This document shows, piece after piece, positions 11,222 through 21,503 of a stretch of DNA of 64,000 nucleotides. Below the pieces are notes generated by a model that was given only the letters and a program-made list of their open reading frames with translations, ran no database searches and had not been told where the DNA came from. Location: NCBI GenBank assembly GCA_050506795.1, contig JBJHCF010000023.1:1-64000 (forward strand), given 5' to 3'. The first letter of the stretch is position 1; each line of letters opens with the position of its first letter. The DNA comes from Opitutia bacterium (lineage in GTDB: Bacteria; Verrucomicrobiota; Verrucomicrobiia; Opitutales; T3Sed10-336). The position numbers and the translations under genes were made by a program.

Positions 11222-11340
11222 CTTCCTGGAGGGCGGCGCTCCCGCCTGCACCTTACACGTATTTCCGCTCTGACAAACAGACGAACGGTAAGCACACAAT
11301 GGACGCGGCGATCGGCCAAGTTCGAAGGAAAGCCGGGTTG
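11222..11340 (-). mobile_element. One-ended copy of the REP-inserted MITE seen at 24380-24710
   Basis: About 118 bp closely matching the reverse complement of 24615-24733. TIR CCTGCACCTTACACG at 11245-11259 abuts the REP half GGAGGGCGGCGCTCCCG. Confidence 0.75.
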
Positions 11341-11531
11341 ATCTGAGATTATGGATTGCCTTCGGAATCACCCCAAGAGATTAACCGTCGTACAATCCAA
11401 GTTAGGCAACCCGGTACGCTATATTGTTTGCGAATCTTCTAATAACCGAGTGCTATTGAACCGACCTCAGGTCAGTAAAACCGGCAGGTTGAGCTTGTAG
11501 TTGCAGTCGGATCCTCAAAAGATTCTCAATT

Positions 11532-12110
11532 ATGAGAGATGAAGACCTACGCGACATCGAACGCTCAATGAAGGAAGTGGACCTTCACCCCACGTTGGCG
11601 CAGGTCGTCGAGGAGCACGGTTTGGATCGAAATAAACTCACGGTCGCGCTCAGGGTTCACAACGATAGACCCGACGTCACGACACGTGAAGAGATCACGA
11701 TTTCCGACGGAACAAACGACGCCACCTGGACCGTGCCTTCTCTGCGCGCACTCTTTCGAGGAGAAAGGAAGCCACCCGAGATGTCCGATCGCCCCCCTCC
11801 CGCCTACATGCCGGTTTTCTGGTTTATCGAACGCCACATCATCACCTTCTGTGACGCGTTCGGGGACACCACCGATCAAGAGTTTGAGGGAATTTTCAAC
11901 CAACTTCGGCGAAGACCCGACGGCAAAACGACTGACGATTTGCACGCCTTCCTTTGGCAGGTCGCGGCGGTGTTGGCCGGCACCAGACCATTGAGCGCCG
12001 CCGAATATGAAGCGATTCTCAACCGATTGCGACGTTCCGCACGAACCTTCAGCATCGCCCCGGTATCGCGGAACTATATCAAAGTGCTTCAAAACATGGG
12101 CAAACGATAG
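11532..12110 (+). CDS. Hypothetical protein
   Basis: 192-aa ATG-started ORF with globular protein-like composition; no motif recognised. Confidence 0.7.
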   Translation: MRDEDLRDIERSMKEVDLHPTLAQVVEEHGLDRNKLTVALRVHNDRPDVTTREEITISDGTNDATWTVPSLRALFRGERKPPEMSDRPPPAYMPVFWFIERHIITFCDAFGDTTDQEFEGIFNQLRRRPDGKTTDDLHAFLWQVAAVLAGTRPLSAAEYEAILNRLRRSARTFSIAPVSRNYIKVLQNMGKR

Positions 12111-12128
12111 CGTTCGCGCGGTGCCCAC

Positions 12129-12203
12129 GTGTCACAGACATTCCTGTCTGTCCTCCCCACACGCCCGACGCCAAGACTTCACAGACAGGAATGTCTGTGT
12201 CAC
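12129..12203. repeat. Inverted REP pair (GTG(T/A)CACAGACATTCCTGTCTGT)
   Basis: 12129-12151 and the inverted copy at 12180-12203. Related copies occur at 42085-42105 and 42971-42993. Confidence 0.75.
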
Positions 12204-12231
12204 TCCTTTAGGGGGTCGAACAGGGTCGAGC

Positions 12232-12265
12232 TTGACAACACGTGCCTATCATTTTATGCACGTGT
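12232..12265 (+). promoter_or_regulatory. Putative TA promoter (-35 TTGACA) overlapped by an inverted-repeat operator
   Basis: TTGACA at 12232-12237; ACACGTGC-N12-GCACGTGT at 12238-12265, immediately before the antitoxin ATG. Confidence 0.6.
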
Positions 12266-12267
12266 CT

Positions 12268-12504
12268 ATGAAGACAAAATTAACGCTTACCGTGGATACG
12301 GATGCCGTTATGAAAGCCAAACGTCTTGCAAAAAAACGCGGCGTTTCCGTATCGGCGCTCTTTGAGGAATGGTCCTCCCGCGTCGCCGCATCCTCGACGC
12401 GTCCACTGCTGGGCAAACGCCTGCGAGGGCGGTGGAAAACCGTCACTAAATCAGACGGCGACCCACGGCTCGATTATCTCATGGAAAAACACCGCCGGAA
12501 ATGA
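12268..12504 (+). CDS. Antitoxin, ribbon-helix-helix type (DUF6364-like)
   Basis: 78 aa beginning MKTKLTLTVD...AKRLAKKRGVSVSALFE; ATGA overlap with the PIN gene. Confidence 0.85.
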   Translation: MKTKLTLTVDTDAVMKAKRLAKKRGVSVSALFEEWSSRVAASSTRPLLGKRLRGRWKTVTKSDGDPRLDYLMEKHRRK

Positions 12505-12917
12505 GGGTTTTAGTCGACACGAATATCCTCCTGGACGTGCTTCTCGACCGCGCCGGGCTCGCGGACGAAAGCCAGGCGGTCCTGGACTGGTGTGAAGAAA
12601 ATCCGGGTGAGGGTTGGATCGCGTGGCATACCTTGGCCAATCTATATTATGTCGGCTTGAAAACGGCGGGAAAAAAGGAAGCCGAACGCTTCGTGGATGA
12701 GATTCTGGAAGTACTCGATATTTGCCCCGCCGATTCGCTTGCCGCCCGCACCGCCCGAACCCTCCCACTTACCGATTTCGAAGACGCACTTCAGGTGGCC
12801 GCAGCCCGGAATGCCAAAGTCACGAGGATCGTCACCCGTAACAAAAAAGATTTCCGGCGCTCTCCGATTCCCGCATTCACCCCGAAAGAATTTCTCACCG
12901 ATCTCCCCCGTAGCTGA
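12501..12917 (+). CDS. vapC: PIN-domain toxin (VapC-like)
   Basis: Acidic PIN motifs MRVLVDTNILLD...DFEDALQ...IVTRNKKDF. Confidence 0.9.
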   Translation: MRVLVDTNILLDVLLDRAGLADESQAVLDWCEENPGEGWIAWHTLANLYYVGLKTAGKKEAERFVDEILEVLDICPADSLAARTARTLPLTDFEDALQVAAARNAKVTRIVTRNKKDFRRSPIPAFTPKEFLTDLPRS

Positions 12918-12945
12918 AGCAGCGAGGCGAAGCCTCAGACCCGAA

Positions 12946-12993
12946 GTAGCGCACGCATCTTGCGTGCGAATTCACGCTGGAAGCGTGAGCTAC
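12946..12993. repeat. Inverted GTAG REP pair (second family)
   Basis: GTAGCGCACGCATCTTGCGTGCG followed by inverted GTAGCTCACGCTTCCAGCGTGA. Confidence 0.7.
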
Positions 12994-13157
12994 TTTTTCC
13001 CTCGGCAATCGAAAAACTTGACCCAAATACAACAACTTTTCCGGTTTTAGGACTCTAGTCCGTTCCACCCGGCGCCGGATTTACCAACATCTTTTCCTGT
13101 CGAGATTCTGCAACAAAATGGAGTTGCATTTTCTTAGATTTGACTCACACATAAACA

Positions 13158-14420
13158 ATGAAAAACTTTTTCCAATTTTTATTCCGGTCATTCTCTGTCC
13201 TCTTAATTGCTCTGTTGTGGAGCTTGAATACCGGAAATGCCTTAGCCAGCGGCATCAACGATTACGGTCTCGTCAAGGCCAGGTTTTTCATTCAGGAAGA
13301 TGCGAATCCTCCATCGCCCGCAGACGAGGACGGATTTATTTTTGTGGCATCGTTTGAAATCGAAGATCCGAGCCTGTCCGGCTCGGGAACGATCACCCTG
13401 CCGAACGGAGGGATTCACAGTTTAACGCGAGTGCCAAACAGCGGAGACTTCTTTCACGGCCGGAGCTTTAACACCGAGGAAGAATTGCACGCGGCCTATC
13501 CGTTCGGAGATTATACCTTCTCTCTTACGGTCGATGGCGAGGAGCACACCAGCACGATCCATCTCGCCTCAACCCCGTTTCCGAACGCGCCGTACGTGCT
13601 GAATTACAACGATCTGCAGGAGGTGGATCCCAGCGCTCCCTTTAGCGTCGAATGGGCGGCGTTCGAGGGGGGGACCACGGACGATTTTATATTCCTCGAG
13701 ATCGACGATTATGAATCGCCGAATCCGTTCGAACCGGGTACGCTCACGGGAATTGACACCTCTGTGCTCGTCGAAGCGGAGGTCCTGGAAGGAGGCATCG
13801 TTTACGAAAGCACTCTTGGCTTCTCCAAAGTCACGGATCGACGCACCGACGACATAGCCGGCGCATTCGGGGCGGGAGTTGTGGGATCGTGGACGCAATT
13901 TGAAATCGCTACAACCGGTCAGTCCTCTGGATTCGCGATCACCACAAGTTCGCTTCCTATCGCAACCTTGGGCGAACCCTTTTCGGTCTTTCTGGAAGCG
14001 AATGCACCTGTTTTCCTTTGGGTCCTCGATGACGAAGATGCTCTTCCCGAGGGCATAGGACTTGATCCCTTAACAGGTGAACTTTCAGGCTTCCCGCTTG
14101 AGGAGGGTTCATTCGGCATCACGGTTATGGCGGTTTCCGCCTCCTTCACCGAAACCGATTCGCGAAACTTCACACTCATCGTGGTCTCGGAAAATACTCC
14201 CGAAGCGCCACCGGTAATCATCGACACGAATCTTGAGGCCGGGGTCTTTTCCTTTGCCATCTCGAGTCCGGGAGGAAGGTCTGTCACAATCGAGGTTTCA
14301 ACCGACCTGAAAGCGTGGACTCCTCTGACTGATGTGGTACCGGTAGACGGTTTGATCTCGTTCGAGGAATTCATCACGACCGCCCACCCGTCGCGCTTTT
14401 ACCGCGCGCGCTGGCAATAG
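13158..14420 (+). CDS. Secreted protein with putative Ig (He_PIG-like) domain and C-terminal SxDLxxW...FYR module
   Basis: Signal peptide; ITTSSLP...LPEGIGLDPLTGELSGFP; ends IEVSTDLKAW...RFYRARWQ. Confidence 0.8.
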   Translation: MKNFFQFLFRSFSVLLIALLWSLNTGNALASGINDYGLVKARFFIQEDANPPSPADEDGFIFVASFEIEDPSLSGSGTITLPNGGIHSLTRVPNSGDFFHGRSFNTEEELHAAYPFGDYTFSLTVDGEEHTSTIHLASTPFPNAPYVLNYNDLQEVDPSAPFSVEWAAFEGGTTDDFIFLEIDDYESPNPFEPGTLTGIDTSVLVEAEVLEGGIVYESTLGFSKVTDRRTDDIAGAFGAGVVGSWTQFEIATTGQSSGFAITTSSLPIATLGEPFSVFLEANAPVFLWVLDDEDALPEGIGLDPLTGELSGFPLEEGSFGITVMAVSASFTETDSRNFTLIVVSENTPEAPPVIIDTNLEAGVFSFAISSPGGRSVTIEVSTDLKAWTPLTDVVPVDGLISFEEFITTAHPSRFYRARWQ

Positions 14421-14560
14421 CAATCATCCCTTTCAGCCTCGGATTCGCTTTCACAAGCGATCTCGCCTGCCTCCCGGCAAGCCGCCCCGACCCTGGTGTT
14501 TTTGCGTGCTTAAGCGAAGCGAGCGTGAGACGCTCCCTTACCGGTAACCCAGGCAACCTT

Positions 14561-16192
14561 ATGAACACTGGCGACAACACCACCTTCCCGGTCGATATTC
14601 GGGTGGCCGCCGGCGATACGCGCGGCGAACTGAAACCGATCTACCGCTTTTTCGGGGCGGACGAGCCCAACTACGCCACCATGAAGGACGGGCAAAAGCT
14701 CCTGCGTGCCATCGGAGATCTGGGAGCCGCCCAGCCCTACTTCCGGGCCCACAACCTCCTGACCACCGGCGACGGCACTCCAGCCCTCAAGTGGGGCAGC
14801 ACGAACGCTTACACCGAGAACGAACGGGGCGACCCGGTTTACGACTGGAGCATCGTCGACCGGATCTTCGACAGCTATCTGGAGAACAGCGTCAAACCCT
14901 ACGTTCAAATCGGTTTCATGCCCAGGGCGCTCTCCGCCCGCCCGGACCCCTACCGCCACGAATGGCGTCCCGGTTTTCCCTACGAGGAAATTTTCACCGG
15001 CTGGGCGTATCCGCCGGTCGACTACAAGAAGTGGGGTGAACTGGTTTACAACTGGGCCCGGCACTGCGTGGACCGCTACGGCCGGGAGGAAGTCGAAACC
15101 TGGTACTGGCAGGTGTGGAACGAGGCCAATATCGGCTACTGGCAGGGAACGCCTGAGGAGTTCCGGATTCTGCACGATCACGCCATCGACGGCGTGCGAC
15201 GGGCGTTGCCCTCGGCTCGAGTCGGCGGTCCCGACACCGCCGGCGACGGCGGCCCTTTCATGCGCGATTTCCTGGAGCACTGTCTGCGGGGGACCAACCA
15301 TGCCACGGGTGAGACCGGCACTCCCCTGGACTTCGTCTCGTTCCACGCCAAGGGACAACCCGAATTCGTCGGCGACCACGTGCGCATGGGTATGGGCGCG
15401 CAGCTGCGCGACATCGACCGCGGCTTCGCCCGCATCGCTTCGTACCCGGAACTCAAGGACAAACCGGTCATCCTCGGGGAGTCCGACCCCGACGGCTGCG
15501 CCGCTTGCCAGGGACCGCAACTGGGCTACCGCAATGGCACCCTCTACGCGAGTTACACCGCCGCCTCCTTCGCCCGCAAACACTTGCTGGCCGAAAAGCA
15601 CGGGGTCAATTTTGAAGGCGCCACCACCTGGGCCTTCGAGTTCGAGGACCAGCCCTACTTCGCCGGATTTCGAGCGCTGGCCAGCAACGGCATCACCCTC
15701 CCGGTTTTCAACGTCTTTCGCATGATGGCGAGAATGAAGGGCCGTCGGATTGCCGTCCACAGCACCGCCGACCCGGGCCCCGAGGGCATCATTAAACACG
15801 GCGTGCGCGACCATCCCGACGTTTCCGCCCTGGCGGCCCTTGATCGGCAACAACTGGCGATCCTGGTCTGGCACTACCACGACGACGACATTCCCGGCCC
15901 CGCCGCCCAGGTCAATCTGACCGTTTCCGGCCTCCCTGCAACAGCTGCCGAGCGCAGGATCGCCCTGACCCATTATCGGATTGACGAAGATCACAGCAAC
16001 GCCTTCGCCCGCTGGAAGGCGCTGGGTTCACCCAACGCCCCCACCCGCACCCAGTACGCCGAACTTGAATCCGCATCCGGACTCACCGCGCTCACAGCCG
16101 CGCCGAACGCGGTCACGGTGAAGGACGGAAACGCGACCCTTGCCTTCACCATTCCCCGCCAGGCTGTGTCCTTGATTCTTATGAATTGGTGA
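14561..16192 (+). CDS. GH39 family glycoside hydrolase (beta-xylosidase-like)
   Basis: YFRAHNLL, KPYVQIGFMP, acid/base motif WQVWNEAN, DFVSFHAKG and nucleophile region ILGESDPD. Confidence 0.9.
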   Translation: MNTGDNTTFPVDIRVAAGDTRGELKPIYRFFGADEPNYATMKDGQKLLRAIGDLGAAQPYFRAHNLLTTGDGTPALKWGSTNAYTENERGDPVYDWSIVDRIFDSYLENSVKPYVQIGFMPRALSARPDPYRHEWRPGFPYEEIFTGWAYPPVDYKKWGELVYNWARHCVDRYGREEVETWYWQVWNEANIGYWQGTPEEFRILHDHAIDGVRRALPSARVGGPDTAGDGGPFMRDFLEHCLRGTNHATGETGTPLDFVSFHAKGQPEFVGDHVRMGMGAQLRDIDRGFARIASYPELKDKPVILGESDPDGCAACQGPQLGYRNGTLYASYTAASFARKHLLAEKHGVNFEGATTWAFEFEDQPYFAGFRALASNGITLPVFNVFRMMARMKGRRIAVHSTADPGPEGIIKHGVRDHPDVSALAALDRQQLAILVWHYHDDDIPGPAAQVNLTVSGLPATAAERRIALTHYRIDEDHSNAFARWKALGSPNAPTRTQYAELESASGLTALTAAPNAVTVKDGNATLAFTIPRQAVSLILMNW

Positions 16193-16351
16193 ATTTCATC
16201 GTTCCGTCTCACTCCGATTTCAGGTAAGAACAATCGGGGTTCGCTCTCGTCATGGCGGAGCGAACCGAGGAGAGTAGCCAAAATTGACGTCGATAAAGGC
16301 AAGACAGGTCGTATTGGAATCGAATGACTGAAACTCAAAACCCACCCTCGC

Positions 16352-19300
16352 ATGCAAGTGAATAAGAGTAGACCTTTTGGAATCGAATATCTCCTTGGTT
16401 TTGTCATTGCGGCTTCCGCGGTGACCCTGGGGACGGGCTGCCAGAAACAGATTTCCGAACCCGAGCCGGCCGAGCTGGCCGAGAAGAGCCGTATCGTTCT
16501 GATGGGCAACGGTTTCGGATCGCGGATGATGCATTTCGGACATTTCGAGACCGATTTGCATCTGCTGTATCCCGACCATGAACTCTTTGTTCGCAACATG
16601 GCCCGTGAGGGGAACACTCCGAGTTTCCGTCCCCATTCCGGACGAAGCTTTCAGCTCGGTTTTCCCGGCGCCGAAGAATTCCACCACCCGTACACCGGGG
16701 GAAACACCGCCAACGCCCAGGGGCACTTTGAAACCGAGGAGGAGTGGCTGGAAAGGCTTCAGCCCGATATCATCATCGCTTTTTTTGGATTCAATGAATC
16801 CTTCCTGGGACGTTCCGGTCTAGACAACTTCCGCGCGGAGTTGGACGCTTTTGTGACGCATACGGTCAGTCGGAACTATAACGGCAACTCCCCTCCGGAA
16901 CTGGTGCTGGTCTCCCCCACGGCCTTCCAGGATCTCACCGCGACCATGGACGTCCCGGACGGCCGGACCGAAAACAACAATCTGGCCGCCTACACCTCGG
17001 TCATGGAATCGGTCGCAACCGCGAATGACGTACGGTTCGTCGACGCTTTTTCCGCCTCGTTGCAATGGTACGAGGCGACCGACGAGCCCCTGACCATCGA
17101 TGGCGCGCTTCTCAATGATTCGGGCTATCAGAAGCTCTCCGAATTATTGAGCAGCCGGATTTTCGGCGCCGCTCCCAGCCGGACGGATCCGCGCCGCGAG
17201 AAGGTCCACGAACGGGTCATGGACAAAAACTGGCTCTGGACGAACGACTTCAAGATTCCGAATGGCGTGCATGCATTCGGACGGCGCTACAATCCGTTCG
17301 GGCCGGATAATTATCCATTTGAAATCGAAAAGATCCGGGAAATGACCGCCATACGGGATCAGTCCATCTGGGCGGCGGCGCGTGGCGAGACGATCGATAT
17401 CGCCGCGCTTGACGCCCAAACGTCCTCACTCCCGGAGGTCGAAACCAATTACCGAAACGCGGATTCCATCACCTTTCTTTATGGCGATGACGCGCTGCAA
17501 ACGATCCGGGTGCCCGAAGGCTACAGGATCGAGCAATGGGCGACCGAACAGGAGTTTCCGGATCTCGCGAATCCGGTCCAGTTGACCTTCGACAATCAGG
17601 GACGGCTTTGGGTGGCGACGATGGCCAGCTACCCCCACTGGAGACCGGGCGATCCCCGGCCCGACGACAAACTGCTGATTCTCGAAGACACCAACGGCGA
17701 TGGCAAAGCCGACACGCAAACAGTCTTCGCCGACGGACTTCACCTCCCGATGGGTTTCGAGATCACCGAGGAAGGGGTGTTCGTCTCGCAAAACACCAAT
17801 CTCGTCCTGCTCCGGGACACCAACGGCGATGGCAAAGCCGACACCCGCGAAGTCATCTTCAGCGGTTTCGACGATCACGATACCCACCACGCCATCAGCG
17901 CTTACGCATCCGATCCTTCCGGGGCCATCATTCTGTCCGAGGGGGTTTTCCTTCGCTCCAACGTTGAAACGGCCTACGGGCCCGTCCGTGGCACTGACGG
18001 CGGGTTTTTCCGGTTCAATCCGCAACGCCGTCACTTGGAGCGTCACGCACAGTTGTCCATCCCCAACCCCTGGGGCACCGCGTTCGACGACTGGGGCCAG
18101 CCCTTTTTTCTTCACACCTCCGGCCCGCCTTTGGAGTGGATGACACCGGGATCAATCCGGCCGCAATACGGTTCCGCCTCCCCCGGCAGCCGAAATCTCA
18201 TCGAACCGGCTCATCAGGTCCGGCCTCCTTCCGGCCTCGAGTTTCTCAGCAGCCGCCACTTTCCCGACGAGGTCCAGGGAGACATCATGCTCAATAACAC
18301 CATCGGATTCCTCGGTACTAAACAGCACCAAATGATGGAAGATGAAACCGGCTATACCACGCGATTTCGCCAGGACCTCATGGACTCCAGCGACAGCAAC
18401 TTCCGTCCGGTCGATATGGAAATCGCTCCCGACGGCTCGCTCTACGTCGTCGATTGGCACAATCCGCTCATCGGGCACATGCAACACAACGCCCGGGATC
18501 CCAACCGCGATCACGCCCACGGCCGGATCTATCGGATCACCTACCCGGGCCGCCCGCTGCTCGACCCGCCGCCGATTCACGACGCGGATATCGAACAGTT
18601 GCTCGACAACCTGAAGCTCCACGAGTACCGCGCCCGCGAACGCAGCCGCCGCGAATTGCGTGGACGAGACCCCGAGCAGGTTCTCGCGGCGCTGACCCAC
18701 TGGGTTGCGAATCTCGACGCAAACGACCCCAACCACGAGCACCACCTGCTTGAAGCTCTCTGGGTGACCTGGGGACTCAATCGCATCGATCAGCCGCTGC
18801 TTCGGCGCGTTCTCGCATCCGATGACCACCGCGCCCGCGCCGCCGCCGTCCGGGTCCTTCGTTATGCCGGCCACCAGGTTTCCGATCAGGTTGAACTGCT
18901 CATGCAGGCGGCGACCGATTCGCACGGCCGCGTGCAGCTCGAAGCGATCGTCGCCGCATCCTGGCTGGATCGCGCCGATGGCCTCGCCGTTCTCGAAACG
19001 GCCGCCCCGGTGACGCCCGAAAACGCACAGTCCGACTACGTCGAGGTTAGCACCGACGGCGGTCTCATTCATATCCGCCCTCCCGAGACCGCCGGCAACA
19101 TTACCGGCTTCACCATAACCCTGCCGGGCGAAAACCGCACCATCAATCTGGCCGAGATGGAAATCCACTCCAACGGCAGGGATGTAGCATCACAGGCCAA
19201 CCTGTCGCAGTCTTCTGAATACAACCATGGGCAATTTCCGATCGACAACCTGGTCGATGGCAATCGGAACAATTTCTCCCACACCGCATTTGAGAACGAT

Positions 19301-19996
19301 CCGTGGATCCGGGCCACCTTCGATTCGCCGCTCACAATCGAGGAAATCCGAATCTGGAACCGCAGGGGCTACGAAGATCGGTTTGACGGCGCCCAGATCG
19401 TTTTTATCGCCGGAGATGAGGAACGGGCTTCGGTTGAAGTCAACATCGGCGCCAACCGGGCGTTCGCGAACGACTCGTGGATCGACCCGGTCTACCGGAC
19501 GGTGCTCGCTCGACTGAATGAGCAACCCACAGAGGAGGAAGAAGGCGCCGTCGCGGTTCCCGGCCACCTCGCCGCCGACGAGTTTTTGAGCGAACTTTAC
19601 GTCACCGGGCAGGAAATCTATTCCAGGGCCGGACATTGCGCCACCTGCCACCAGCCGGACGGACGCGGCCTGCCCATGGCCGGGTTCCCACCGCTTGACG
19701 GCACCCGCTGGGTCACTCAAAACGACGAACGCCTAATCAAACTCACCCTCAAAGGGATGCATGGGCCGATGGAAGTCAAAGGCGTGCACTACCCCGGCCA
19801 AGTTCCCATGACCGGTTTCGAAACTCTTCTCAACGACCACGAAATCGCCGCCGTACTCACCTACATTCGCAACGCGTTCGGCAATGAAGCCCCGCCCATC
19901 TTCCCCGAACAGGTCGAACATGTCCGCGAAGCGACCCGGGATCACACCGGGTTCTACGCACCCGAAGAACTGCTCAGAATGCACCCGCACGAGTGA
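16352..19996 (+). CDS. PVC-type heme-binding CxxCH protein (SGNH-like + dehydrogenase-type beta-propeller + HEAT repeats + F5/8-like + cytochrome c)
   Basis: Lipobox-like LGTGC; FFGFNES (SGNH-like); LEDTNGDGKAD repeats; FRPVDMEIAPDGSLYVVDWHN; HEAT-like RARAAAVRVL; CATCH heme motif with distal Met. Confidence 0.88.
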   Translation: MQVNKSRPFGIEYLLGFVIAASAVTLGTGCQKQISEPEPAELAEKSRIVLMGNGFGSRMMHFGHFETDLHLLYPDHELFVRNMAREGNTPSFRPHSGRSFQLGFPGAEEFHHPYTGGNTANAQGHFETEEEWLERLQPDIIIAFFGFNESFLGRSGLDNFRAELDAFVTHTVSRNYNGNSPPELVLVSPTAFQDLTATMDVPDGRTENNNLAAYTSVMESVATANDVRFVDAFSASLQWYEATDEPLTIDGALLNDSGYQKLSELLSSRIFGAAPSRTDPRREKVHERVMDKNWLWTNDFKIPNGVHAFGRRYNPFGPDNYPFEIEKIREMTAIRDQSIWAAARGETIDIAALDAQTSSLPEVETNYRNADSITFLYGDDALQTIRVPEGYRIEQWATEQEFPDLANPVQLTFDNQGRLWVATMASYPHWRPGDPRPDDKLLILEDTNGDGKADTQTVFADGLHLPMGFEITEEGVFVSQNTNLVLLRDTNGDGKADTREVIFSGFDDHDTHHAISAYASDPSGAIILSEGVFLRSNVETAYGPVRGTDGGFFRFNPQRRHLERHAQLSIPNPWGTAFDDWGQPFFLHTSGPPLEWMTPGSIRPQYGSASPGSRNLIEPAHQVRPPSGLEFLSSRHFPDEVQGDIMLNNTIGFLGTKQHQMMEDETGYTTRFRQDLMDSSDSNFRPVDMEIAPDGSLYVVDWHNPLIGHMQHNARDPNRDHAHGRIYRITYPGRPLLDPPPIHDADIEQLLDNLKLHEYRARERSRRELRGRDPEQVLAALTHWVANLDANDPNHEHHLLEALWVTWGLNRIDQPLLRRVLASDDHRARAAAVRVLRYAGHQVSDQVELLMQAATDSHGRVQLEAIVAASWLDRADGLAVLETAAPVTPENAQSDYVEVSTDGGLIHIRPPETAGNITGFTITLPGENRTINLAEMEIHSNGRDVASQANLSQSSEYNHGQFPIDNLVDGNRNNFSHTAFENDPWIRATFDSPLTIEEIRIWNRRGYEDRFDGAQIVFIAGDEERASVEVNIGANRAFANDSWIDPVYRTVLARLNEQPTEEEEGAVAVPGHLAADEFLSELYVTGQEIYSRAGHCATCHQPDGRGLPMAGFPPLDGTRWVTQNDERLIKLTLKGMHGPMEVKGVHYPGQVPMTGFETLLNDHEIAAVLTYIRNAFGNEAPPIFPEQVEHVREATRDHTGFYAPEELLRMHPHE

Positions 19997-20105
19997 TGCA
20001 TTCCGCCGATTGACGGCACCGAGCCCGACCATCCGGATCTCGGTTTGCGTCGATGTTCGTTTTTTGTCTCGCTTTGCCGATGTACTCAAACTGATAGTCT
20101 AATTA

Positions 20106-20356
20106 GAATGGCACGGTTAAGGCCGTTGACCGAAGGAGCGTTGTCCAATTATGGTAAGTTTACCAAAAATCACGCCCGGTTTTAAAACTGTGAAGGTTCT
20201 CACACGGAGCCACGCCCTCGACGAGCTCAGGCCGGTGAGAGCTCACGGAGGTGGGTCCTGTAAAAACCTCCGTGACTTTGTGCCTCCGTGTGAGCCCAAT
20301 CGCCGTTGTATTTTTTGCTTCATCAAACGATGAACCGCCTTAACCGAGTTACATTC
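20106..20356. mobile_element. IS4-type MITE relic with internal palindromic repeats
   Basis: Ends GAATGGCACGGTTAAG and CTTAACCGAGTTACATTC. The subterminal AAACGATGAACC is shared with the element at 24245-24797. No TSD is visible. Confidence 0.65.
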
Positions 20357-20407
20357 CGAAAAAGGCCTTGTATATCCTCAAATGCAAAACACCCAAAGGT
20401 ATAGACT

Positions 20408-21337
20408 ATGAGATCATTCACACTCTTTCTCTGTGTTTTTCTTGTCGCGTTCCAGCTTTCTTCCAAGGCTGATCCTTCGTCGGATGCAAAAATCAACGTC
20501 TTGATTGTCGATGGATTCAGCAACCACAACTGGCAACTGAACACGGCCCTTATAAAAGGGATACTCGAACCCACCAATCGATTCGACATCGACGTTTCCA
20601 CCGCGCCTCCTCGAAGGGATTCTCCGGGCTGGGATGACTGGAGACCGAGATTCTCCGATTACGACGTCATTATACAGACGTGCAACGACATCGGTGGCGG
20701 TCCCTCCTGGCCCGAAGAGGTCCGGGACGACTTCGAGAAGTATGTCCGAGACGGCGGAGGCGTTTTTGTGTATCACTCCGGAAACAACGCCTTTCCCGAT
20801 TGGGATGCCTACAACCGTATCATCGGATTGGGGTGGCGCTCCGTGCATCAGGGAATCGCGCTCGCGATCGATGACGACGAAAACATCGTGCGAATTCCCA
20901 TTGGCGAGGGGCGCAATACCGGGCACGGTCCGCGCGTGGACGCGGTGATCACGCGGCTGGGGGACCACCCGATCTACGCCGGTCTTCCCCGGCAATGGAA
21001 AACGCCGGATATCGAGGTCTATTTTTATCCCCGCGGCCCGGCCGAGAACGTTGAGGTGCTTTCCTATACCCACGACGAACAAACGGATATGCGGTGGCCG
21101 ATCGAGTGGACAGTGGCTTACGGGGAGGGCCGGGTTTACACGGCCACCTACGGCCATGTGTGGCATGATGACGTTCAACCCGAACGGATGCGTTGCGCGG
21201 GGGTGCAGACATTGATGGTCCGCGCCCTGATCTGGCTCGCCGGGCATGAGATCGACCTGCCGGTTCCGGATGATTTTCCAACCGCGAACACCGTTTCGGT
21301 CCGCGGCGAAATTCCGCTTTCCGGGGATGGGCATTGA
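20408..21337 (+). CDS. ThuA-like (class I glutamine amidotransferase-like fold) secreted protein
   Basis: Signal peptide; VLIVDGFSNHNW, YVRDGGGVFVYH, HPIYAGLP and YGEGRVYTATYGH. Confidence 0.85.
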   Translation: MRSFTLFLCVFLVAFQLSSKADPSSDAKINVLIVDGFSNHNWQLNTALIKGILEPTNRFDIDVSTAPPRRDSPGWDDWRPRFSDYDVIIQTCNDIGGGPSWPEEVRDDFEKYVRDGGGVFVYHSGNNAFPDWDAYNRIIGLGWRSVHQGIALAIDDDENIVRIPIGEGRNTGHGPRVDAVITRLGDHPIYAGLPRQWKTPDIEVYFYPRGPAENVEVLSYTHDEQTDMRWPIEWTVAYGEGRVYTATYGHVWHDDVQPERMRCAGVQTLMVRALIWLAGHEIDLPVPDDFPTANTVSVRGEIPLSGDGH

Positions 21338-21503
21338 CCGGCTCGCGATACTGCCGTGTTAGGTGAGTTGTTTTATGCCTCCCCTGAAACACAAGACGAC
21401 TGACCCTAAAAGGAACGGGCCTATTCGTTTCTCTCGGGGAAGATACACCGCGCTTTAATAGTCACCTTGAGTTTTTAAACGAATCGATGCAGCCTGATCT
21501 TCA

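Noticed and set aside
11350..11407. Integron attC-like site (GGATTG...CAATCC..GTTAGGC)
   Set aside because: No matching RYYYAAC core at the proper distance, no integrase and no array of similar sites. GCCTAAC near 5226 is likewise unpaired.
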